Of a DNA stretch of 64,000 nucleotides, positions 1-15,000 are shown piece after piece. This DNA comes from a virus, in the IMG/VR virus record IMGVR_UViG_3300032322_001295, positions 1 through 64,000 of that record, one strand, 5' to 3'. Numbering within the stretch: position 1 is the stretch's first letter; each line of letters begins with the position of its first letter. Below the pieces are notes generated by a model, which searched no databases, was not told the DNA's origin, and saw only the letters and a program-made list of their open reading frames with translations. The translations under genes and the position numbers were made by a program.

Positions 1-3000
1 AATCATCTTGAAGAAATTGTAGGTAAAAAGATTGACGACATTAGTAAAAAAATCAATGACGAAAGAGAAAAAATACAAAATGAACTTGATACTGATTTTA
101 ATTCGGTAAGAGATAAGTTTGGGTTTGACGATGTGACGTTTGATGATTTATACAACAAAACCGGTAACGATGAAATAGATGCTGCTATTGATGAAGTTCT
201 TGGTAAAAAGAAAGATAAAGTAGAAAGATTTAGTGCGCTTAATGGTGTTGATAATGAAATAAAAAATGCCAAAACATTACTTAAGAATAGAGGCGCAGTA
301 AAATATGTTCCTGGTGGAGGAATAGATACAAGAACTGGAGAATGGAATAATGGTGATTATTTTACTCAACAAGCTAATCAAAGAAAGTACAAAAAAGTCA
401 ATAAAGATGTCGAAACTGAAATAGATGAAAAGACATTTTTGTCAATGCAAGATGCTGCAAAAGCGCAAGGCAAAGATTCTTTTGAGTACAACGGAGAAAT
501 GTTTATTGCCGATGACTCTAATCAGATTAAAGTTGATGGTAAAAAAGCAGTTGATAGAAGTACATTAGTAGATGACTCCCAGTTATTTGACTTTTTAGAA
601 ATAGATGATGTTAATGAACTATTCTTGAAAATGCCTACTGTTGGTGGCATGAATATAAGAGAAGAACTTAATAAAATTTCAAAAGAGTATGATGAAACAA
701 AAGTTCTTACTGCTCAAATGAAAGAAAGACTCAAAGAAATAAACAAAAATATAACAGACCAAGAGGAAATGTTATCTGTTTATAAATGGGCAAAAATGTT
801 ATCTGAAAATAAAATACTTTCTCCTATACAGGAAGAGTATATGGATATGCAAACATTTAATGAAATAAATCTACCTGCTTATATAAATAAACTAGCAGTA
901 GATAGATCTTATTTTATGAATGTTGCTATTAGTACATTATCAAAAGATGACCGAGACAACAAACTTAATGAGCTAAAAGATAACGTCATTAAGATGCAAG
1001 CACATGTTTATAATGAACTTGTTGCCGAGTTAAATGGTGATGACATTGTTGTTAATGGACAAACAGTAAAGTTTCCTAGTGAAATATCTTTGGATTCAAG
1101 CGAAACAGAAGTAATGCAAGCATATCAGTGGATGCATTATTTTATTCAAAATCTTACACCAGATCAGAAAAATGAATTTAAAGAAACATTTGATAAGTTT
1201 TGGAGCACTAAAGTAGAAAGTAAAGATTCTATACCTAGTGCAAAAGAACAAGGTATGTTTCTTGAAGGATTTGATTTAATGTTTGATTTTGAAGCATTTA
1301 AAGATGGATATACTAAGAGCAAATATCATAATAAAAACAATTCTTACAGAGAACTATTTTATTATCATGCCATAAATATGATGATGAATGTAGACCCAAT
1401 GATTGCATTTGGTGCTATAAGTAATGTTATTGATGCCGTAGATGCTAGTCAAAAGTTTGAACTTGATAAGTCAAAATATCCTGCAGGCGATCATACCGCA
1501 GAACAGATTATGAACGTAATGATAGGTATTACTCACTTGTCAGAAAACATAAAAAGAAACGAAGCAAATCCAGATGTAGCATTTATAGAATTATTAGATC
1601 ATGTAAAAAGTACCATGAAAATAGGTACAAGTAGAGAAGGCAGATTTAATAAAGCCAAAGGTTTATATGACAGAGTAAAAGATGCTGCAACTGGAAAATA
1701 TAATACAAATGGCAAACATATAAAAGATAATGTAATGTCGTTTTTTGGTTATGGTGGTGTAGGTAAATCTACTTTTATAATCAAAACATTATCCGAAATT
1801 GCATTATCATTAGGTAAAAAGAACTTTGTATTTATAGCTCCCAATATAGAGCAAAAGAACATACTTGAAAATACGGTAAAAAATATCTTTCCTAAAGGTA
1901 TTCATGCTGAATTTTACCTTGTTAGTGATTTTGTTAAAAAACAAGATCAATACAAGGATTATGTAATATTTGCCGATGAAATATCATTGTATAGCGATGA
2001 AGAAAAAAACTCCATTGCATTTAACTATAACAAAATAGGTGGTAAAAAAATATCTACCGTAGACAATGTAGGTTTTATTGATGAATCCAACACAGTATTT
2101 TTACTTGGTGACACATTACAGGCACCTCCATCTGGTGAAATATATGACAATTCACCAAGAATAGAACAGTTTACTCAACATGGTTTTAATATAACTTCAG
2201 TAAAAAGAAGTAGTTTTATTGAAATATATAAAATACAAACTGAGTTTAGAAGAAATGCTAAAAATAATGAACTAGGCCCTCCACAATTATTTGGTTATTC
2301 ATATAGCGAAGATGACAATGTAAAAAAAGGTGTCAAGTTAAATAATGACAAGGATGGATTTTTAGCTGAATCAAAAGCTGCAGTTGAATCTGGTATAGGT
2401 TATATTATTGTTCACTCTGAAAAAGAGTACAACGAAATAATAAATGACATATCACCTGATAAGCATGACAGAGTATTTTTAATGACTCAGTTAAGCAAAT
2501 CGCCACAAGGCAGAACACTAGATGGTGAGGTTTATGTTTATATGCCATACAGTACAACTGACACTAAAAGCCAGTATAACAATAATAAGTTGTACAACAT
2601 GTACATGCTTACCGCTGTTAGTCGCGCATCTCAGTTTGTATCCGTTTATACAGGTGATGGACTAGGCAACAAAAACTCTGTTAAAGTAAGTGAAGATAAA
2701 ATAGAATCATTTGATGATAGTGCTGAAGCAAAAGTTGAAAGAAAGCAACAGCTTTGGAATAGAATATCTGGTGTGGTAAAAGGTCTTACTGCTGTAAAGC
2801 CTGTACCATTGCCAGTAAGAAATACAAATAAGCCAAAAGCACCAGTTGTTCAAACAGATGACTTAAATCAAGAGGAAGAAAAACCTGAAGAAAATGCTGC
2901 ATCAAATAACACAAAAGGTAAAGGTGTAAAGTCTAACTCTAAAAAACCAAAGAAAACAACACAGGTTAAAACTAATAATAGAAAACGCAAAACGACTAAC

Positions 3001-6000
3001 AAAAATAAAAAGCAATACGAGGAACAACAAGAAGCGCTTGAAGAAGAAATTAACGAACCGATTACTGCATACGAGCAAAACGTAAGCAATCAGGGAGACA
3101 TGTCAGAAGATGAACTAGACAACTTAGATGGTAATCAAGACACAGATACAGACCATTCTAATATTGAATCATCTATTGATAATGGCGAGTTTGGATTGAC
3201 ACTTAAAACAGGCGAAAACAATGTAAATCTAGTTACAACATTTGTTAACGGCAATCCATTTGTAGTTGTTGTTGGCGGTACTTATAGAAAGCCAGATGGA
3301 GAAATAATAAAAGTTACTAGAATAATATCAAATGACGATGGCACATATTCTGTAAAAACAGATAAATTAAAAATGGTAATACCATTAGAAAAATTTAGCG
3401 AACTTGCATTATCTCCTTCTATTGATATTTTAGATAAGTATGAAAATGCTTTAATATCATTTACTCAATCAGGCATATTAACATTGTTTGGTAAAACTAT
3501 TGGCTACACTCCTGCAATGGGGCCGTTAACAAATAAAAAGGCATTAGCTGCTAAATACCAAGAAATGGCTAATGCAACGGCAATGCTTTACAAAAATCTA
3601 GGTCAAAGATTTGAAGTAAAAATTGAGATTGTTAAAAACATGCCTACAGTAGATTGGAATGGTAGTGTAAATACAGCATTTCCATACGTACTTCAAGTAT
3701 CTATTGACAATGGTAATGGTTTTGAATATTTTACAACACACTACTTACAGGATCCACAAAGAATAAATAAAACTGTAGCTGATAATGCACAACAAGAAAA
3801 TCTTGAAGTGTACAACAATACATTATTTGGAATAGTAGAAAAGCTATACAATGCAAATAGAACGGAGTTTTATACATCTGCTACTAAAAATAATATTAGC
3901 GCATCGTCATTTATAGGATTTCATAAAGACATTCCAGTAATGTCATACAGCCAAGTAAAAGACATGGTTGGTATGTATGGTATGGAACTAACAGAAACTT
4001 TCCAGGGAATTGACAAAAAAGGTTTAGCAGAAACTTACGCAATAGCGCATTTTGGAAATAAAGACAATGGACAGAAAATAATATTTCAGTCTATCACTGC
4101 AAGCAATATGAACGATGAGCAAAAAAATCTTATGCTCAACGAAGTAAATAGAATGCGTGGTATTTTGCAAAATGCTGTAAATCAAAAACTACCAAATGAA
4201 GCTGTAAATAAACAAGCACTTCAGGGTACCGATTCTATATTTGCATTTAACAACTCTTTTGCACTTTTAAATAATGCAGTAATAGCTCAAAAACTATATA
4301 CTGAAAAAGATGCAGAAAATAAAACAACTATAGAAGAAAGGATTAAAATAAGACTTGAAGTCCTTAATGACTTAGCTGCATTTTTATCTCCAGTAAAAGA
4401 TGCAGACTATAAATATAAGTATGAAAGTTTAGTATCTCAGTTTAGATTAAATACAAAAATGCAAGGCGGAAAAGAAGTAACTGGCATTGAGTACATGTCA
4501 ACTGTTAAAGGACTATTTTTAAGAATGCCTGTAATTGATATTTCTGCCGGCATACTACTTGACGATACAAAAGGTCTTGCTTCTAAAATAACAAATCAAC
4601 AAGAACTAGAAAACTATACCAGCTCATTTGCTGAAATACAATCAGAACTTGAAGATATCCTTGGCGAAGGTATTCAACTTGGCATTATAAAATCAGATTT
4701 ATATCATGGTTTTGTAGACAAGCTTGGAAAGATACACATGAACATGCATAATGGCGCATTTAATCCTAAAACATTAAGCCACGAAATATCGCACTATGTA
4801 TCAGAATTTTTGCTAACTGATGAAAAACAAGCTGAATTATTTGATGAAGTTGATAAAAAGTATGGAGTAACACAAAAACAAGGCAACTGGAGAAATGATC
4901 TTGATGCAAGAAGAACTGTTGCAGAGCACCTTGCTGATGACGGAGAAAGATATAAATCAGACAGAAGAAACCTTAAAGGTATTTCAAAGGTAATGAGGTC
5001 TTTCTTTGACTGGTTTAATAGATTTATGTCAAGAATAGGCATTATCAATGACAAAATAAATGATTTTTACTATGATTTATATGTAGCCAAAAAGTATAAA
5101 TCACTATCTGGAATGGCATTAAACACTGTTAGAGATGAAATGCCATACGATAGTCTTTACTCAAGAATAATATATGACGATTCATCTTTTAATACTGTAG
5201 CTAATAACTTTTTTTACGATAATCAGATAGCAAGACAGGTAGCTAATAATGTTGCGGAAATAGCAGCTAAAGAAGTTATTATGCCATCCATGAACAGACG
5301 TATGTTTTTAGATGGTGCTATGTCATTTACAGATATGATTAATAGGATTGAAAACAATTCTAGAGAAAAGGTCATGTATGATACTGATGAAAACGGCAAT
5401 ACGATTTATAAAGAACAAGTGATAAATGGTAAATCAATGTTTTTGCCAGTAATCAGAGAACTTACTGTTGATTACACTAAACCATTTTTGCGCTGGAACT
5501 ACAATGCTACCGATGAAAATGGAAACTCAGTAACCGGTCTGCATTTGCAATATTATGACGAAAGTATTAAAGGCTATAAAACCGCAGTTCCAAACTCTCA
5601 GGGTATATTTTTTACTGAAAAAAGACAGAGAGAAGAGTTTAGAAGATTGCTACAAAAGTCTGTTGATGAGTTTGAAATAGAAACAGTAAATGGCCTTGTA
5701 AGTGTTGTCGACAAAACAATAGAAGGCAAGATGAAACTTAAAGGAATCATCAGCAACAAAGACAAGGTTTTATACAAAAATGCAATGCTATTAAATAGCA
5801 AAGTATTTAAAGCAATGATTAATAGAATATTTCCTTCTCTTGATGTTGATACGATTATAAATAGAGATGGCCAAGTAAGATACAGTGATATTCTAGAATC
5901 TCTTATTAGAGTACAGGATGCTAATATTAGAAAAAATGAAGAGGAGTTAAATCCAATGGATAAGCAATCGGATATAATGAAGCTGATGCTTAATACTATC

Positions 6001-9000
6001 CCAGTATATCAGTTTTTACCTGATGGTAGTGTTGTTGAAATGCGCGGAAAAAAACTAAATTATGAAGTAGCAAACAAAATACTTACTGACATTCACAGTA
6101 ATCTTTGGATTGGTAATAGCCAGGATGGAATAGAAGCCTTTGCTAAAAGCATGAAAAGGTTTATTGAGAATAAAATGATGAACAACACAAATCCAACTGA
6201 ACTAAACTCTGATGCTAAATTTATAAGTGCATATTCTATTTATAAAACATATTTTGATCCACAAGCAAAACAAAGTACAGACAAGTATTATTATCCATCT
6301 CACACAAGGATTTATAACTGGAACAAACAGCTATCAACTAAAACCAGAGGCACTAAAGATTACCAGGATGCTCTTGATAGATTTTACGCTGAATATTTAA
6401 CAGCTGTAAATACAGAAAAGGAATCTGATGAAACAATCAGAAAGCAGACACCATTAACAAAAGATGAGTTTGAGCTAAATATTGCCAAAAGATCAAAGTT
6501 GTCAGAAACAATTTTAAACTCTGTTATTACGCATTTTGGCTCTCTTACATCTAATAAGTTTGAGAATGTAAAAAAATATGGCAAAGGTAAAAGAACTACA
6601 TTTGTGTCAATGGCCAAGCAATCAAGTTCTGCTCACGATACAAAGTTAAAACTAGAACAAAGCATTATATCTAACCTACAAATCAATGGAGGTTTAATGC
6701 CTGATAGATATGTCGATTTGTTTATCAATAGAAAAAGGCCATTAAAAGTAAAAGAAGGACAAGAAAAATCCAACTCTTACTTTACAATGACGGATAGAGG
6801 TATTAGATACAGGCACAAAACAAACGATCCATCTGATTTAGGTGTAATAATAATGCCTTTGGAAAATGGTAAGTTTAGAAACATGAAACCAGATGAAATA
6901 AATAAACTTACACAATACGCTAAAAACGCACAAACAAATATTAGTGGTATAATCAGAAAAGTATTTACTGATTTCTTTAATATGAGTAAGTCAAGTACAG
7001 CTAAAAATGCAGCTAAAGTATTGTCTGTTCCAAAAGTAGGTAGCAATACCCATGGTATAGAAAATCTTAGTGATGTACTTGCTCCACTTATAGCATCAAT
7101 GTATGTCTATACTGTTGAAAGAACCGTAGATCCAAACCAGATTACAGCAAAACAGCCTGTATATCCATTATATTTACAAGCATTGGCAAATACTGCAAAG
7201 GATTCTGGACAAAAAGAAAATTATGGTAAAATAACAGATGCTACTATAGATAGCATTTTAGATAAAGATGCAGGCTCTAACATATTAAAAGATGGTGAAG
7301 AGTATTTCTTCCCAACTGGATTTTATAAAGAACTTCAGGCACTTGCTGAAATTATGACTTACAATGAAAACAATCCAACAATTTTAAGTCTTGATGGCAG
7401 AAGAAAGCTTTACACTATTGGCAACTCTCATAATTTTAACTATAAGTTTTCTAATGGTAAAAATGATTCACTTGTTGAAAAGTTTGAAGAAGTTGTAAAA
7501 GGCCCACATACAAATCCAAATGCTAGAGGAAGTAAGATATTGAATCCAATACTTGAAAGAAAAGGAATAATAACTTCAACGCCATACATGATGGGTATAG
7601 ATTCAACTGGTAAAACCGCTGAGTTGAAAAACATGACTGTACAAGACAACCTACATGCGGCATTAGCAAACTTTACCAAAAATGAAAATCAAAAGGCATT
7701 AACCTACAACATATCTCCAGTTTTAATACCTGTAAACAATGGAGGTAATCGTGGTAGACAACATTTGTTTGAAGTTAGACTAGGTCATTTTAACGGTAAT
7801 GGAAATGGATTTTTAACAAAACAAACCATTGATAATGTTGATACATTTAAGCTTGATGTAAGAAATATTGCAAGTCAACTTAAACGTGGTTTTGCAATAA
7901 AAGAAGAAGCACAGGTTAATAGTATTAACAGGTGGATGAACTTTTTAATGAATCCAGCTAATAACAAAATCACAAACAACGCAAGTTCTTATTTTGCTTC
8001 ACTAGGATTAGGTCTGTCTCCAATCGATACAACTATACCTGGATGGAAAGCACAACGAGATGCTACGGTTCCTGCATTAGTAGAGTATTTAAAAAATTAT
8101 GACGCTTGGATAATTGATGATGATGTAGTTGGATTTGAAGGTAGTGGGTTAAGATTGGGTTCTGATTTCTTAATAATCAAAGCTAACAAAAATGACAAAG
8201 GTGGCAGACTTCATTTAGGGCATGATGCTTCTATGATGAATAAAGTACTCACAAGAAATGAAGACGGATCACTAAAATTTAGAAGTCTTGCGCAACAACT
8301 ATTCAATTATTCAAACTATAACAATACAGTAACAATCGATGTTGATGAAAACAATCAAATAAAATTTAAACTACATGAAGTATTAAGAACAGATGATTTT
8401 AACAATGAGCAGATTTATGTAAACTACATAGATAATCTAGGTTTGACTCAAACATATATGTTTACAGATGATAATTTACAGTTTATCATAGATTCATTAT
8501 TTGAAAAACACTATAAAGAAACTAATGAAATAGCATTAGCGGATGGTTATAAAATGACCAGTGAAAACGTTTTTGATTTATATCCATACGAAGACAATAT
8601 AAAAGTAGTAGATGGTATTAATATTTATGGCACTACTCCATCTGTTGTTTGGAAAGGTCTTATTATTGGCCATGCAATGGTTAACTATTTTTCCGATCAT
8701 GCTATAGAGGGTACAGAAGCGAATCATCTTTCCAGCGTTATTTATGAAAACGAAACTGGTCCATTGACATATGGTGTAAATAGAAACAAACGTGCTTTAT
8801 CGCATACTTCTACAGGTTTTACTCCTTCGTTTAAAACACATAATGGCATGGATGAAGAATCCAGAATTATGGTTATTAAAGACTTAAAAGTAAATGCTTC
8901 TATATCAACATTACTTGGAGAAATAAACAAAGAACACATTGTTTTTGATGGTCAAAGTTTTAACAATCCATTTTCAATGGAGATGTACTTTAACAGTATT

Positions 9001-12000
9001 GGAGGAAATAATGGTAGCTTAAATAGAAGAATCCAAAAATCTATAGCACAGCAGTTTAACTACAAAGATGGTTCTACTTTTTTGAAAAAACATGCAGGAT
9101 TTATTGTATCAAAATCTATGATGGATTCTAGTGTTGACATGGCTAACTTGTTTGAATACATGTTAAATCCAGCACTAAGACTAGTCATTAAAGGTGAAGA
9201 TTTAAATAAAATATCATTTTTAAAAAAATCTGATATTGATAACCTGGCTAATGATAGCTTATATCAAAGGTATTTGATTTATTTTGATCAATCTGCTACT
9301 GAAACTGCATTAAAGCAAACGCTTAGTAATATCAACAGTAAGTTTGGTAGTCTTAAAACTATGCTTGAAGGCAGCATTAAATACAAAAACAATGCTCCGG
9401 CCGTTGATTCTATTTTGGCAGATTGGAAAAACAGTCAGTTTAATGATACTATTGTAGGTCAATACGATTTTATTAGTAAAGTATTAGCGGATATTAACAA
9501 TCAAGGTTTATTATCACAAGAAGGAGATAAGGATCATGGTAGAGCTATTGAAATGCTTGTTGATTTTTATGCTGAATACAGAGCTAAAAATCCCGATACC
9601 TACAAAACAAAATATCCATATTTATCATCAATACAGTTTACTGGTAATAAAAAGGACCAAACCAAAGATTTTGAGATGCCGTTTGTTGCATTTAATAAAT
9701 CTGCAGGGGCAACACATTCTGATGCAAATGGTCAGTTTAACCAGGGCAGGCCTATGCCAATGTTTGTTAAAGATGGCGACGCTGCACCTACTAACTTTTA
9801 CGAACTTGTTGATTACTGGAAAAATCAAAAAGAAGATGCTCCTTATGATAAATGGACATATATGTTTGACAATACACAGGAAATAACACAATTAAATCCT
9901 GAAAGAGAAATAGATGACAACGAAGAATCGCCAATGGTTCAGGCAATGTCTATTATTCTTGCAAATCCAAATAGTTTAAATACAGGTCTTGCACAAGAAA
10001 TAGCAACAGACTTATCTTCTCTAATGCGCGTAGGATTAGAGAATGTAATGCGCTTTATAACAAATGAAGGTAAATGGAGTGAAGATGTAGACCAAAGAAT
10101 AAAAGATCTAAAAATACAAACAAGTGATATTATATCTGAAACTGGCGTTGTTTTATCTAATAAAGAAATAGCAACTATTGAAAACTTTGTAAAAAGTAAA
10201 ATCAAAAAGTCTATGTCTCAATCTGATGACACTACAATGCTATCAGAAATTATCAGTGACGACCAAATAAGTTTAAATGTTTCTCATGGTGCAGTAACTA
10301 GAGCCCAGCAATACGTAGCAGCATTCTTAAGAAAAGAAGCTGTTAAGAGAAAAGTAGATGCGATGCGTCTTGTACAAGCCGGTGGTAATTTTATTGATAT
10401 AGTGGAACATAAAGAAACTGGTGAAGTATTTATGTTAGCAGAAGCATATAAGCATGCTGCAAAAATGGGTGTAAGTTTTGATTCTCTTTTTGATGTAAAC
10501 TCTGTAAGAGGATTAAAGCATACTACAATTGATGCCAAACCTGATTTATCTGTAGAACAACTAGCACAGGTTAGAGCTATTGATACAATCATGAATCAGG
10601 CAATAGCGGAAAATCCAGCAAATGAAAAACAAATCAAAAAGGATTTTTCAAGGATTAAAATGAAATATCTGGCAGAGCAAAACCTACTAAATGTATCAAA
10701 AGGAGAAGCTATTGTTCCAGCAGTAATGTTTAAAAAGTTTAACATACCTAGCAATGTTGGACTCAATGAGATATTTAGATTGTATGGCAAAAAAGATGGT
10801 ATTGTCAATGAGACCAATCTAATTGAAGCTAGTTCAGACTACAATGCGACAAAAGAACTTATACAAAGCTTTGTAAATGATAACATTTCTTTTGAAATGA
10901 AATACAATAGCAATGGTAAGCCTAGAGTTGAAGTGCTGTACAATGAAAACCAATCAGGATTAAATACTTACTTTGAAATAATGTTTGTTGATGGATTAAA
11001 CAAATACCTCAAAGACAACTATAAAAAGTTTGGAAGTATTTATGCTAAGGTTGACAAGGAAATGGAGTTGAAGTATGGAGACTCATATAGAGCAATGAAA
11101 GAAGGTTCACTTGAAAAATCTGTAGAAGATATTAAGCAAGAACTAAGAACAAGACTTGCTGAAGAATCTACTGCTTTTGCTCAATCTGAAATAGCAAACT
11201 TAGTTGATAAATATACCGATGCCATAACATCTGTAGCAATAACGCTAAAAGATAATATTGGTATGCGTATTCCATCAGGACCAGGTTCTGGTTTTATTAA
11301 CAACATTGTAGGGTTTATAAATGATGCTAGTTCTGTTGGATATGTAAACACTATTAAAAACCTTATTGATGGTTCTGACCAAGACGTTGACCAGTTTACA
11401 ATCTACTATTTGTCAAGTACAATGCTTGACTCTGGTAAGATGTCTATTTTGGAATATAACAACTGGAAAGATAAGCAAAAGAAAGATGGCAACTATAATG
11501 TTTTGTCTGACGAGGAAGCTAAGGTTATTAACAACAAACTAATCAGACATCTTCAAAGATACTATTCAGATCCATTAAATGCTGAACTTACTATGGCAGC
11601 TATTGACCTTGACCCGGTAAAAAAAGCTGCTGATGGTACATATAGAGAATTATTTAAAGATGGCGACTTAGCGCATAACATTGGGCATTCATTTGTATAT
11701 AGAAATATTGCAATGGACGGACAGGCAGTAGGTCCATTTGCTAATGCTCAAAAACTACAAACATTGCTTTATTCTGGTTATAGTATGAACCAAAGAAGGG
11801 GTATAGATTCAAGTATTTACAACTTTAAAATTAACAAAGTAGAAAATGCTATTGGCCAGTTAGAAGATGAGTACAGCAAAGTTCCAGTGTACATGGAAAT
11901 GCTTATAAATGCAGCTACGGATAATCCAAAGTTGTTGATTTTAGGTGCAATGAATATCACAATGAACAATTCTGATATGGCATCTGCTATGATGTTTGCA

Positions 12001-15000
12001 CCAAAGGATATTCAAGATTACATGAGGTCAATGCCCGGTAATGAAAATATGAATGAAGTAGATGCAGTATTGAATTTCTTGAAACTTGATGCAAATAAAG
12101 ACATATTCAATTATGTAAAATCAAACTCAGGTATGTACAATGGTGGATTTTCTAGGTCTTACTACAATACAGCATACAATTATTACAAAAAACTACAAGC
12201 GCATGGTTCAGAATATGAAGAACAATACAAAAATAACTTAAATAAAAATAGTGACATTTTCGATAGTATGGTTTCGTTCCTTATCAATGATGTAGGATAT
12301 GATGAGGCATTTATAAATACAGCAATAGCAACCGCTCAAACAGAAAACAAAGGTGATGTTTTGCTATCTATGATTAGAAATATTAATATCAATAACATTA
12401 GTAAAGAGATTTCTAAAAAACACAATATTCTTAAAAATGTACTTGATAACTTTATAAAAGATAACCTTGAAGAAATAACTGACAACGAGTTTAAAGCTGA
12501 AATAGAAAAAGCGCTTAACTCTAAAGATGTTCAAGCATCATACGATATTGTTAACAGCATAGCTAGCATGTCGCCTATTGATAATTTGGCTAATATTAAC
12601 GAAGAAAGCAAAGCATTGTCTGAGAAGTACAAAAAGTTTTTTAAAGACCTAAAATCTTACAAGGACAATCTCAAGAAGAATAAAAATCTTTCTAGAAAAA
12701 CCGATCCTAGTTATATTAATGAAGTATATCTTGTTACTAAATATGCTATGCTTGGTGATATTATGAGCGATTTAGTTAAGGTTGCTAATATCAATCAGTT
12801 TAAACAATCAAAAGCTTATGATCAAAAAAAGTTTGAAAACGATTTTACGTTTGCCACTGGTTATACTATTGATGAACTTATTGGTATCTATGATAGATTT
12901 AACAGCTGGAAAAAAGACAACGGAGCAAGTAGCACAATAGGTGACTACTTTGACGCCAATCCTAATGAGAAAAAACCTATTGAAGCAGTAAGAGAAACAG
13001 CTTTTAAAACAAAAGCACACACTATGTCTCAGGTTGATTTTTCCTATATGAAAGATAGCATAGAGTCACCTGTAACTGGAGAAGTAATAAACTACTACGA
13101 AGACTACCACAAGATATTTGATTTTGCATCTATACTGCTTTCTAGGCCGGATGTAATGGAAAGCTTTAGAGCATCACAAATGTTTAAAGACATTAACTCT
13201 TCAATATTTAACATAGAGTCTACGGAAATACAATCTATGATAGACACTATAACAGATAACATTGCTTACGATATACTTCCAGAAGCTAAAAGCATAGTTT
13301 TAAAAGAAGAGATTAGTAAGTATTTTGTCCATTTGTATCTTTCCGAAATCAACAACAATGGTTTTGAATCAATAGTAAAAGAAGATATATTTAAAGCATT
13401 AGAAAAGTTTAATATTCTTACGCTTCCAATGACAGCTGGTTCATCAACGTCAAATGGAATGATGCATAATATTGGCAATCCTATTGGTGTAAGAAACTTT
13501 ATATCAAACTTTCCAGAGTTTTTTGATACAAGAATAAGACAATCAGAAATGCAAAGGTTGAAAGAAATGAGTAGTAAGTTTACTGCACAAGACCTTGAAT
13601 CTGCGTATGAGTTTATAGACAGAATAGAAAAGTATTCATACAACCGTATGGATTATCTTGAAGTGCAAAAGTCAAGAGTGCAAAACGCTAATGAAAATGA
13701 AATGCTTAGAGATGGCTTTAATAAGCTGTCAAATGAAACACAAACATTGCTAGCGTTGTACCATATTCTTAAGAACCAGTTTGACACAAGTAGGTCGTTT
13801 TTTGGTGAAGTATTACCTAAAAAGTTTCTTATCGATTATTCTAAATTTTTAAAAGAAGTATTGCCTACTAAAGAAATAAGTCAGGATTTGAATAATATTT
13901 CAGAAATGATTTTGTCTAACACAAGTCTTGATTTGCTTAAAAATGAAAAACGTATCTACAAAGATGGTAAAGAGTTTTCACAGGCCCCAGCTGCTTGGTA
14001 TGGCGTAGCCAAGCATTATAAGAAAACAATACAAACGCAAAAATCTAAAGTAGGTACGACAATAAGAACATTTGCTCTTGGTACTACCAATGGTATAAAT
14101 GGAGTTGCACTTACCCAGGGATCTGCTACAAAAACATCATTGTCAAATGTAGTACCATTTGATTCTGTAATCAATATGTACAATGATACAGATGCAATGG
14201 GTAATCCTATTACAATATCACTTAGTTATACTCCTACAATACTAAGAAACTTAAATATACCAATGTCATTCTCATTGGATTTAAGGCCGCACGCTTACAT
14301 CAAAAATATATTGCATGGGCATTTAGAAAATGACATACAAAACGCTATTAAAAGGCAGACACAAGAAGGCGTAGAACTTACTCCACAGGATGTATTGCAG
14401 ATAGTTAATGATGTTATGTCAAGAGATTTAAATAATGTTTATAACAAAAAAGGTATTCCTGCATTGCAAGATAAGACAACTTCAATGGATATGGAAAACA
14501 TGATAAGAAATAATGTTTTTAATATTACCGTTAACTCTATTTTGCAAAAACATGGCCCAAATGCTGATGCAATGTTGCAGTCATTAGATGGTAAAATGCT
14601 TAAAGATGAATACTATTATAGCGATATAGCCCCTTCGTACACATTGCACGCTGCGTTAAACATGCTTAAAGCTGAAGGCAAGCCGTTTACTATAGAAAAT
14701 CTTAGAGCAATAGAATCTATACCATCAATAGAATTATTTAGCGATACGTATGGCGTTCAATCAAACGAAGATGCTCCATTGGTAAACTTACTTGGTACTT
14801 TTGGTAATTACTTTACCAGAGAAAATGCTAGAGATTCTGGCTATGTGGTTGCCGTAAACATGAAAGGTCCAAACGGAGTAGGCACAAAAGAATTGTTCTA
14901 CGAAGCAGCAAAAGAAATATTTCAAGATACAAGTTTAAAAAACGATCAACTTAATACATTGCTTGCTAATATTCTTATAGCTGATTCTATAGGAATGTCT

